A stretch of 64,000 nucleotides of DNA, taken from assembly GCF_006345805.1 (NCBI RefSeq), contig NC_043011.1, forward strand, positions 40,374,464 to 40,438,463, read 5' to 3'. Below are positions 38,696 through 49,716 of this stretch, piece by piece. A program made the position numbers and the translations under genes. Every line of letters begins with the position of its first letter. The stretch's first letter is position 1. Under the pieces are notes generated by a model, which saw nothing but the letters and a program-made list of their open reading frames with translations, made no database searches and had not been told where the DNA came from. The DNA is from Octopus sinensis (lineage: Eukaryota).

Positions 38696-39687
38696 TACCT
38701 TACCTTACCTTCATATTGTCCTTACGGCGCAAGGCTATAGTAGAAGACACTTGCTCGAGGTGTCCTGCAGTAGGACTGAACTCAGAACCATGTCTCCCAC
38801 TACCATTTCACAGCGGGTGTTGGTTTGTTTACGTTCTCGTAGACAAGCAGTTCAGTATAAAGAGACCGATAGAATAAGTATCATGGTTTAGAAAAACAAA
38901 AAAAGTACGGTGGCTCCAGCATTGGCGCAGTCTAATGACTGAAACAAGTGAAAAATAAACGATAAGCCCTTTTCCCACCAAAAAAAATTCCCTCCAAAGA
39001 ATTTGGTAATTTGGAATTTTTCATCATATTAAGTAGAACAATTTTTCTCCATGTTGATTGAAGATCAAAGTATTGTTAAATAAAGGGAAGAAAAAAACGA
39101 CGCCATTTTTTTTCTCTTGCCGACATCTGTTCGTCGACAATTTCGGAAACATCTAAGTAAAGGAAATCTACATAGATGTAACGCAATTACTTCTAGATGT
39201 TATCGGCTGCAGGTTAAGATCAAAGGGAATTCTGTAGATTCTGGTTATATAACTAATATTGGTTTGAACGTTTGCAATTATAAATATAGGTTACTTCGAC
39301 CTCTGGGTGATTTGAACACGAAATGGAAAAAAAACAAAAAAAAAACGGAAAGAATTACCTTCATGACGTATGCACCAAGTTATGAGTCGAAATAGGTTGA
39401 CAAGTTTACATCCAGACCACCTGGTTTCGGGGTCAGTCCCACAGCGTGCCATCTGATTTTAGCGTTTCCTACTGCATCACTTGGACAGCCAAAGCGTCGT
39501 GGGAGGATCTGTTAGAGGGAAACTGTAAAAAGCTCGCTGCTTATATGTATGGCTGTGTGTACATATATATAAAAAGCGGTAAACCAAGGGAAGATGAAAT
39601 AAGCTAAATCGGCTAAGCAGGAGCGGACTACAATGCATACATACATTCATACACACACACACATATATATATAATCACCATCACTAT

Positions 39688-39975
39688 CACGTGACCGACC
39701 AGTCCATCAGATGTAGTTACACATCGCTGGTCACAATGCGTTCGCATTGTTTTAGCGTTCGAATGACGCCACCCCGCTGGCTAAGCGAGCAGGCCAACAG
39801 AAGAAAGAGTGTGAGAAAGAGTGGTGAAAGAGTACAGCAGGGATCACCACCCCCTGCCGGAGCCTCGTGGAGCTTTTAGGTGTTTTCGCTCAATAAACAC
39901 TCACAACGCCCGGTCTGGGAATCGAAACCGCGATCCTACGACCGCGAGTTCACTGCCCTAACCACTGGGCCATTG
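39688..39975 (-). mobile_element. tRNA-Arg-headed SINE (OR-type head) with an alternative 3' part
   Basis: Head caatggcccagtggttagggcagtgaactcgcggtcgtaggatcgcggtttcgattcccagaccgggcg; the 3' half differs from family C and matches 54720-54830. Confidence 0.85.
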
Positions 39976-42900
39976 TTTCGGTGAAAATTTTCGAAAAATT
40001 TTCGGTGAAAATTTTCCAAAGATTTTTGGGTAAAATTTTCGGTGAAAATTTTCGAAAAACTTGCGGAAAATTTTCGGTGAAATTTTTGGGAAAAGTTTTG
40101 GGGAAAATTTTCGAAAAATTTTTGGGGAAAGTTTTCCATGAAAATTTTCGAAAAGTTTTCGGTGAAAATATCTGGTGAAAATTTTCGAAAAATTTTTGGG
40201 TAAAATTTTCGGTGAAAACTTTCGAAAGATTTTTGGGTAAAATTTTCGGTGAAAATTTTCGGTAAATTTTCGAAAAATTTTTGGGAAGAATTTTCGGCAA
40301 AAATCTTTTTAAAAATTTTTGGGAAAATTTTCGGTGAAAATTTTGGAAAAATTTTTGGGTAAAATTTTCTGTGAAAATTTTCGACAACCCATATAACGAA
40401 TATGCTCCATATGCTGAAGTCTATAAAAGTCGATATCGTCATAGTTGTTAAGTGTAAAGCAGAATCTGGTGTATCGGGGATGGTGAGGCATCTTGACTAA
40501 TATTAAACCAGAATTCACTCTATACACAGAAAGCAGCAGCTCGGGGAAAATTTTCGACAAATTTTTGGGTAAAATTTTCGAAAAACTTTTGGGGAAAATT
40601 TTCGGTGAAAATTCTCGAAAAATTTTTGGGTAAAATTTTCGGTGAAAATTTTCGAAACATTTTAGGGTAAAATTTTCGAAAAACTTGGGGAAAATTTTCG
40701 GTGAAAATTTTCGAAAAATTTTTGGGAAAATTTTCGGTGAAAATTTTCGAAAGATTTTACCTGAAAATTTTCGGTGAAAATTTACGTTAAATTTTTGGGG
40801 AAAATTTTGGAAAAACTTTTGGGAAAAATTTTCAAAAAATTACAAAGCCAGCGGTGCCAGAATCTGAAAGTATGGAAGACGAGCGGTGCCAAAATCATAA
40901 AGTATGGAAGCCAGCGATACCAAAATTAAAAAGTATGGAAGGCCAGCGGTGCCAAAATCAAAAAGTATGGAAGGTCAGCGGTGCCAAAATCAAAAAGTAT
41001 GGAAGGCCAGCGGTGCCAAAATCACAAAGTATGGAAGGCCAGGGGGGGCTAAAATCGGTGAAAATCGAAAAATTTTGGGAAAAGTTTTCAGTGAAAATTT
41101 TCGAAAAATTTTTGGAGAAAATTTTTGGTGAAAATTTTCGAAAAATTTTTTGGTAAAATTTTCAGTGAAAATTTTCGAAAAAATTTTAAGGAAAATTTTC
41201 GGCAAAATTTTCTAAAAAATTTTTGGGGAAAATTTTCGGTGAAAATTTTCGAAAAATTTTTTGGGGAAAATTTTCGGTGAAAATTTTCGAAAAATTTTGG
41301 AAAAAATTTTCGGTAAACATTTTCGAAAAAATTTTTGGAGAAAATTTTTGGTGAAAATTTTCGAAAAACTTGGGTAAAATTTTCGAAAACCCATATAACG
41401 AATATGCTCCATATGCTGAAGTCAATAAACGTCGATCACGTCATAGTTATTAAGTGTAAAGCAGAAATTGGGGTATCGGGGATGGTGAGGCATCTTGACT
41501 GTAGTAGAACACCAGAATTGACGCTATATATACACAGAAAGCAGCAGCAGCAGCCACCTAAAACTCTATTTTTAACTATGACATCCATTTTTTGGAAAAA
41601 TTTTCGGTGAAAATTTTGGAAAAACTTTTTGGAGAAAATTTTAGAAAACTTTTTGTTAAAATTTTCATGAAATCCTTCGAAAAATTTTTGGAAAAAATTT
41701 TCGGCAAACATTTTCGAAAAATTTTTGGGGAAAATCTTCGTAAAATTTTTGGGTAAAATTTTCGGTGAAAATTTTCGAAAAATTTTTTGGTAAAATTTTC
41801 AGTGAAAATTTTCGAAAAAATTTTAAGGAAAATTTTCGGCAAAATTTTCTAAAAAGTTTTGGGGAAAATTTTCGGTGAAAATTTTTGAAAAATTTTTGGG
41901 GAAAATTTTCGGTGAAAATTTTCGAAAGATTTTTGCTGAAAATTTTCAGTTAAAATTTTCGGTGAAAACTTTGGAAAAATTTTTGGGGAAAGTTTTTGGT
42001 GAAAATTTTCGAAAACCCATATAACGAATATGCTCCATATGCTGAAGTCAATAAACGTCGATCACGTCATAGTTATTAAGTGTAAAGCAGAAATTGGGGT
42101 ATCGGGGATGGTGAGGCATCTTGACTGTAGTAGAACACCAGAATTGACGCTATATATACACAGAAAGCAGCAGCCACCTAAAACTCTATTTTTAACTATG
42201 ACATCCATTTTTTGGAAAAATTTTCGGTGAAAATTTTGGAAAAACATTTTGGAGAAAATTTTAGAAAACTTTTTGTTAAAATTTTCATGAAATCCTTCGA
42301 AAAATTTTTGGAAAAAATTTTCGGCAAACATTTTCGAAAAATTTTTGGGGAAAATCTTCGTAAAATTTTTGGGTAAAATTTTCGGTGAAAATTTTCGAAA
42401 AAGTTTGGGGAAAATTTTCGGTGAAAATTTTCGAAAAATTTTTTGGGAAAATTTTCACCGAAAATTTTCGAAAAACTTGGGTAAAATTTTCGGTGAAAAC
42501 TGGAAAAATTTTTGGGGAAAGTTTTTGGTGAAAATTTTCGAAAACCCATATAACGAATATGCTCCATATGCTGAAGTCAATAAACGTCGATCACGTCATA
42601 GTTATTAAGTGTAAAGCAGAAATTGGGGTATCGGGGATGGTGAGGCATCTTGACTGTAGTAGAACACCAGTGAAATTTCGGTGAAATTTTTGGGAAAAGT
42701 TTTCCATGAAAATTTTCGAAAAGTTTTCGGTGAAAATATTTGGTGAAAATTTTCGAAAAATTTTTGGGTAAAATTTTCGGTAAATTTTTGGTGAAAATTT
42801 TCGGTAAATTTTCGACAAATTTTTGGGGAGAATTTTCGGCAAAAATTTTCAAAAAATTTTTAGGAAAATTTTCGGTGAAAAGTTTCGAAAAATTTTTGGG

Positions 42901-45352
42901 TAAAATTTTCGGTTAAAATTTTGGAAAGATTTTTGGGTAAAATTTTCGGTGAAAATTTTCGAAAAACTTGGGGAAAATTTTCGGTGAAAATTTTGGAAAA
43001 ATTTTTTGGTAAAATTTTCGGTGAAAATTTTTGGGAAAAGTTTGGGGAAAATTTTCGATGAAAATTTTCGAAAAATTTTTGGGGAAAAGTTTTCCATGAA
43101 AATTTTCGAAAAAGTTTTTGGTGAAAATATTTGGTGAAAATTTTCGAAAAGTTTTGGGTAAAATTTTCGGTGAAAACTTTCGAAAGATTTTTGGGTAAAA
43201 TTTTCGGTGAAAATTTTTGGGTAAAATTTTCGAAAAATGTTTGGTGAAAATTTTCGGTAAATTTCAGCAAAAATTTTCAAAAAATTTTTGGGAAAATTTT
43301 CGGTGAAAATTTTTGGGTAAAATTTTCTGTGAAAATTTTCGGAAACCCATATAACGAATGTGCTCCATATGCTGAAGTCTATAAAAGTCGATATCGTCAT
43401 AGTTGTTAAGTGTAAAGCAGAATCTGGTGTATCGGGGATGGTGAGGCATCTTGACTGTAATATTAAACCAGAATTCACTTTATACACAGAAAGCAGCAGC
43501 AACATAACATCTATTTTTAGCTCGGGGAAAATTTTCGACAAAGTTTTGGGTAAAATTTTCAAAAAATTTTTGGGTAAAATTTTCGGTTAAAATTTTCGAA
43601 AAACTTTTGGGGAAAATTTTGGAAAAATTTTTGGGTAAAATTTTCGGTTAAAATTTTGGAAAGATTTTTGGGTAAAATTTTCGGTGAAAATTTTCGAGAA
43701 ACTTGGGGAAAATTTTCGGTGAAAATTTTGGAAAGATTTTTGGGTAAAATTTTCGGTGAAATTTTTGGGAAAAGTTTTGTGGAAAATTTTCGATGAAAAT
43801 TTTCGAAAAATTTTTGGGGAAAGTTTTCCATGAAAATTATCGAAAAGTTTTTGGTGAAAATATTTGGTGAAAATTTTCGAAAAAGTTTTGGGTAAAATTT
43901 TCGGTGAAAACTTTCGAAAGATTTTTGGGTAAAATTTTCGGTGAAAATTTTGGGTAAATTTTCGAAAAATGTTTGGTGAAAATTTTCGGTAAATTTTCAG
44001 CAAAAATTTTCAAAAAATTTTTGGGAAAATTTTCGGTGAAAATTTTTGGGTAAAATTTTCTGTGAAAATTTTCGGAAACCCATATAACGAATGTGCTCCA
44101 TATGCTGAAGTCTATAAAAGTCGATATCGTCATAGTTGTTAAGTGTAAAGCAGAATCTGGTGTATCGGGGATGGTGAGGCATCTTGACTGTAATATTAAA
44201 CCAGAATTCACTTTATACACAGAAAGCAGCAGCAACATAACATCTATTTTTAGCTCGGGGAAAATTTTCGACAAATTTTTGGGTAAAATTTTCGGTCAAA
44301 ATTTTCGAAAAACTTTTGGGGAAAATTTTCGGTGAAAATTTTCGAAAAATTTCTGGGGAAAATTTTCGGTGAAAATTTTCGAAAGATTTTAGGGTAAAAT
44401 TTTCGGTGAAAATTTTCGAAAAAGTTGGGGAAAATTTTCGGTGAAAATTTTCGAAAAATTTTTGGGTAAAATTTTTGGTGAAAACTTTGGAAAAATTTTT
44501 GGGGAAAGTTTTTGGTGAAAATTTTCGAAAACCCATATAACGAATATGCTCCATATGCTGAAGTCAATAAACGTCGATCACGTCATAGTTATTAAGTGTA
44601 AAGCAGAAATTGGGGTATCGGGGATTTTGAGGCATCTTGACTGTAGTAGAACACCAGAATTGACGCTATACATATACAGAAAGCAGCAGCAGCAGCCACC
44701 TAAAACTCTATTTTTAACTATGACATCTATTTTTTTGAAAAATTTTCGGTGAAAATTTTGGGAAAAGTTTTTGGAGAAAATTTTAGAAAATTTTTTGTTA
44801 AAATTTTCATGAAACCCTTCGAAAAATTTTTGGAAAAAATTTTCGGCAAAAATTTTCGTAAAATTTTTGAAAAATTTCTGGGAAAATCTTCGAAAAATTT
44901 TGGGGGATAACTTTCGTAAAATTTTTGAAAAATTTCTGGGAAAATTTTCGAAAAATTTTTGGGGATAATTTTCTGTGAAAATTTTCGAAAGATTTTTGGG
45001 TAAAATTTTCGGTGAAAATTTTCGAAAAACTTGGGGAAAATTTTCCGTGAAATTTTTGGAAAAGTTTTGGGGAAAATGTTCAGTGAAAATTTTGGAAAAA
45101 TTTTTGGGGAAAGTTTTCCATGAAAATCTTCGAAAAGTTTTTGGTGAAAATATTTGGTGAAAATTTTCGAAAATTTTTTGGGTAAAATTTTCGGTGAAAA
45201 CTTTCGAAAGATTTTTGGGTAAAATTTTCGGTGAAAATTTTGGGTAAATTTTTGGGTAAAATTTTCGGTGAAAATTTTCGAAAACCCATATAACGAATAT
45301 GCTCCATATGCTGAAGTCTATAAAAGTCGATATCGTCATAGTTGTTAAGTGT
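39976..45352 (+). repeat. Composite array: GAAAATTTTC-based spacers with eight co-oriented conserved cores
   Basis: Cores begin aacccatataacgaat at 40386(A), 41388(B), 42014(B), 42543(B, truncated), 43344(A), 44077(A), 44530(B) and 45283(A, truncated). Confidence 0.97.
40846..41045 (+). repeat. 32-bp tandem repeat, 6 copies plus a partial, inside the array
   Basis: Consensus gccagcggtgccaaaatcaaaaagtatggaag. Confidence 0.95.
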
Positions 45353-45354
45353 TT

Positions 45355-46082
45355 AATACACAAAAAGAGATATATTTAGTTTACAAAGAATTTGGAATGA
45401 ACTGACCTGTTTCACAATTTTATCGTAAAAGACTATTTTCTATTTCAAGGGACAGTTTAGGAGGTGTGTTTGGGTGGGGGGAAGGAAGAGCAATGTGGAA
45501 TTGAAAAGAAGTTTTTGCTTCTCTTTCATGGTTGAGTGGTTATGGGGATCGGTCTTTAGAGGTCAGAATGGTGTGAGTGTCTGTGTCTGTGTGTATGTAT
45601 ATACATACGTGTTTGTGTTTGTGCGTGGGGCCGTTTTTGATTGGTCCCAGGGTTTTTTTAGGCACAAAATACGCCGTCACGTGACACTAACGGACAGACG
45701 AAGCAGGAAACGTACATAAGTTTCTATACTTAATCACGTGTTCATTCTCTAGAAACACTTGACAGAAAACATTCAGCCTTAACTTACGACGCCAAACATC
45801 GTCACTTGATGCTAACACACGGACGCAGTGGAGAACCTACAAATATTTCTAAGACTGGTCATATGACTATCCTCTACCAATCAAATCCTATTCAAAACAT
45901 ATACTAGTCTGAGTCATGAACTCCCTATAAAAAAAGGGCAAGCTTCAAACACTGGTCAGAAACAAAACAGTTGCGACATAAGCCACGTCTCTCTATTTCA
46001 ACTTTTTGAAAATCAGTGTATACTGTGAAACCGGTTAAGTCTTTTACGTATTCTCAGTGCATTTTCAAATCCTCTTTTTCCT
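45355..46082. mobile_element. PLE-like remnant with a degenerate hammerhead near its right end
   Basis: actt-ttTGAaaA-t-CAGT-gtat-ACTG-t-GAAA-CCGG-TT-aagt at ~46000-46040; inverted related motif gacctgtttcac at 45404; ends in (TA)n. Confidence 0.45.
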
Positions 46083-46083
46083 A

Positions 46084-46122
<39 letters not shown>

Positions 46123-46124
<2 letters not shown>

Positions 46125-46398
46125 TTAAATCCTTAAATCCTTAAAAATGTTTCAGCCCGAAAGCTGTGGCCGTGCTGGGGCGCCACCGTTGACTGTGCTA
46201 CACTAGCATGTGAAACCACCTCTGATACGTGGCACTTGGTCAACAAGGGAGTTCGACGCCGCTTCCCGCATCTGTGTTTCCTGCCGAGATGTAGGTTCAT
46301 CTGGAACCCCTGACAAGAAGAGATCGAGTTTAGTTTTAAAGAAACCCACATCCACACAATGCAGGTCTCTCGCATTTAGGAAGGATATTGAAGAGCTG
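46123..46398 (-). mobile_element. 3' end of a CR1-type LINE with (TTTAAGGA)n tail
   Basis: Minus-strand remnant LFNILP / DLHCVDVGFFKTKLDLFLSGVPDEP (CR1 ORF2 C-terminal pattern), then ggtggcgccccagcacggccacagc..gctgaaaca. Confidence 0.8.
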
Positions 46399-46478
46399 TA
46401 TATATATATATATATTCGCTAGCTTCTGCACGCATTTTTTTTCTCTCCTTGTTTCTCTCCGTGTTTCTTTTCTGTGTA

Positions 46479-46516
46479 TCTTTCTGTTGAAGAGCGTAGG
46501 CTCGAAACGTAAAAGA
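46479..46516 (+). ncRNA. Minimal type-I hammerhead ribozyme-like motif in a ~200-bp (TA)n-flanked element (46416-46614)
   Basis: UCUUU-CUGUUGA-A-GAGC-guag-GCUC-GAAA-C-GUA-AAAGA: helix I 5 bp, helix II 4 bp, palindromic ACGU helix III. Departs from consensus by A6 to U and one extra A. Confidence 0.6.
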
Positions 46517-46622
46517 CTTGTTTTATTTATATTCCCGAGCGCCATACTAATACAATTGTTTGTTTGTATTCCACTTGCCTTCGTCTTTTGTTTATTTTCA
46601 TAAAGCTTCCCGTTATATATAT

Positions 46623-46654
<32 letters not shown>

Positions 46655-47293
46655 ATATATATATATATATAAAACACATACACATATGTATTTATATATT
46701 TGATAGCATTGCATTTGAAGGTTATGTTTTTTGCAATCCAAGATCCGGAGATCGTTACAAATACACCTAACGAACAAAAGAATGTAGCGAAGCCCTTAAA
46801 CTCTAAAGATTTGACCGAAAATGTCGATTATCTTACAATTCTATGAAAGATATTACAGGCATTGCTTCGAAGTGTCACCAAGGTAACGCCATTACGATAT
46901 GCGATTATTCCTGAAACATTGTACAATGCCGTCCATAGGTAAGACTAATTTAGAATACATACATACATGTGTACGTACGTAGTATATACATACATACATA
47001 CGTACATACATACATACATAAATACATACATACGTACGTACATACATACATCAATACATAGGTACATGCATACATGCACGCATTCACACATACATAAATA
47101 AATGCATACATACATAAATACATACATACATACGTACGTACGTACATACATACAAACAAAAATAACCAGTTGTTGATGTTGAAATTCTAATGAAAGAAAC
47201 TGGGATGTAGGTTAGAAACCGGTTCTTTTTCTATTGGCAAGAAATCTTGAAATAAACTGAATAATGACATACATACATACATACATACATACA

Positions 47294-47327
<34 letters not shown>

Positions 47328-47433
47328 GCGTTTTGATGTTGAAATTGCAATGAAAGAGTCTTGGATCTAGGTAAGAAACTGGTTCTTTCTCTATTGGCAA
47401 GAAATCTTGAAATAAAACTGAACAATGACATAT

Positions 47434-47466
<33 letters not shown>

Positions 47467-47669
47467 CATATACATACATACATACATACATACATACATA
47501 CATACATACATACATACACATACATACATACATACATATACATATATATATATACATACGTACATATACATACATACATACATACATACATACATACATA
47601 CATACATACTACATACATACATACATACATCATACATACATACATACAGGCATGTATACAGTACACAGA

Positions 47670-48110
47670 AATAATCTGCGAAAGCGAGTATATCAAGGTT
47701 TTTGTGCAAATTTGTTGGTACATAATCTAATGCACCAACGACGATAGGTATAAATGAGAATTCGTAGTCAGGGTACAAGAGCAGAAATTACAGCTTTTGT
47801 ACCCCGTCTGAATTCTCATTTGTACCTACCATCAAAGGTACATTAGGTTATGTACCAACAAAGTTGCACAAACACCTAGAAATACTCGGTTTCATGGAGA
47901 AAGTGCAAAAGAAACTGATGCGATTTCTCTAAATCCAATCTATTAGTGGCACAATGAAGATATGTAAGACATTCCAAAATTTCTGCTTTTGAGATTCTTA
48001 TGTGAGTAGATGCGCACACTTTGGTGCATGTATGGCCAGTTTCATCAACACAACACCGGGAGCTGTCTTAACTCAAGATATCTTGTCGCTCTGTTAGCAA
48101 CCGGCTTGAA
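47670..48110. mobile_element. Head-to-head inverted pair of RLE-type non-LTR 3' fragments (47670-47778 minus, 47797-48110 plus)
   Basis: LYPDYEFSFIPIVVGALDYVPTNLHKNL on minus; homologous ttgtacccc..gaattctcattt.tacct...cattag.ttatgtaccaacaaa.ttgcacaaa.acct on plus. Confidence 0.7.
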
Positions 48111-48717
48111 ATCTCTCTAGAAGAACTGAAATTAATCTCAAAGAAAAATCGTACGAAATACATGTATGTGTGTGTGTGTGTGTGTGGTGTGTGTGTGTGT
48201 GTGTGTGCCTTTCAGCTAAGTTGCTAGGTTTGTCTCGACCCCGCATCGCAACCTGTGTTGGTTTGTTTATGTTCCGATAAGCTAGCCCTTTGGCAAAGGA
48301 AACGCAATAGAAGTAGTACCAGACTTAAAAAGAAAAAAGAAAATGAAAGATAAGTACGACTAAAACACGATGCTCCAGCATGGCCACGCTCCAGCGACTG
48401 AAATAAGTATGACAATAGCTAATGACAATAGACAAGTTCCCAAAATATAGGTTGTTGGTGGAAACATCAACAGTCAATCAACGATTAAAGACCTTTTTTG
48501 TTGAAGAGCCCCTTGGGAGGATTTCGGTAAAAATCTAAATTGAGATCTTGTATAAAATTGACCAGTTAACTACCAATTAACGTCTTCCAAATCTCTGAAC
48601 AGCATAACAACACTGTTATATAATGATATAATAGGCATTCATTCGGTACTACGATACGATATCACCGTGACCTTATACAAAAATAATAAAGTAAAACTGC
48701 ATATTATGTCGTTTTAG

Positions 48718-48770
<53 letters not shown>

Positions 48771-48814
48771 GTGTGTGTGTGTGTGTGTATGTATATATAA
48801 ATATGCATATGTAT

Positions 48815-48873
<59 letters not shown>

Positions 48874-49050
48874 ATATATATATATATTTGTTTGTATATA
48901 TATGTAAGTATATGTGTATTTATTTTTACGCATATATGAATGTATACAAAGACATGTATATGCATGTATATATATATATAAATATATATATATATAAATG
49001 CATATACGAGTGCGTGTATGTGCGTGCATTTATAAATATATATATGTGTG

Positions 49051-49086
<36 letters not shown>

Positions 49087-49499
49087 GTGTACGTTAGGCA
49101 ACATTGATTTTATTAGTCAGTCTTGCTTCTCATCTGACCTTTTGCTCAAAACTGATCAGTTAATGTCCAATTAACATGTCTCACACGCTTCAAACAAAAC
49201 TACTGCGCTCAAAAGTAATCTTTTATTTTCACCTTAAATGACGTTCAATCTGCTGACAGCCATACAATGCCATTCATTATTTCTAGTTAGCATGCACACA
49301 CACACACAAACACACACACACACACACACAGAACCACACACACACACAGAACCACACACAGGTGCCCGCTGACACACACACATACATACACACATACATA
49401 CACACACATACATACACACACACACACACACACACCACACCACACACACACACAGAACTACACACAGGTGCCCGCTGACACACACACATACATACACAC

Positions 49500-49531
<32 letters not shown>

Positions 49532-49680
49532 TCTCTCTTTCTCTCTTGCCCTCTCTTTCACTCTTCTTCCTTCTCGATCTTGCTATCTCAGTCTGACTGT
49601 CTCTCTCCTTTTCTTTCTTTCTTTCTTTCTTTCTTTGACTCTCTCACTCTATGTGTATGTATGTATGTACACACACACAC

Positions 49681-49716
<36 letters not shown>

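Noticed and set aside
43405-43465. Y RNA or miR-8 identity for the array core (CUGGU...CUUGACU; CAUCUU)
   Set aside because: Only 5-7 nt matches, and the diagnostic pairings and mature sequences are absent.
39976-45352. CRISPR-like array
   Set aside because: Repeats are 160-200 bp, spacers are low-complexity and homologous to each other, there are no cas genes, and the context is eukaryotic.
39936-45363. Many long F/K/E/N/I-rich ORFs on both strands (up to 261 aa)
   Set aside because: They are translations of GAAAATTTTC repeats, open in several frames at once, with no domain signature.
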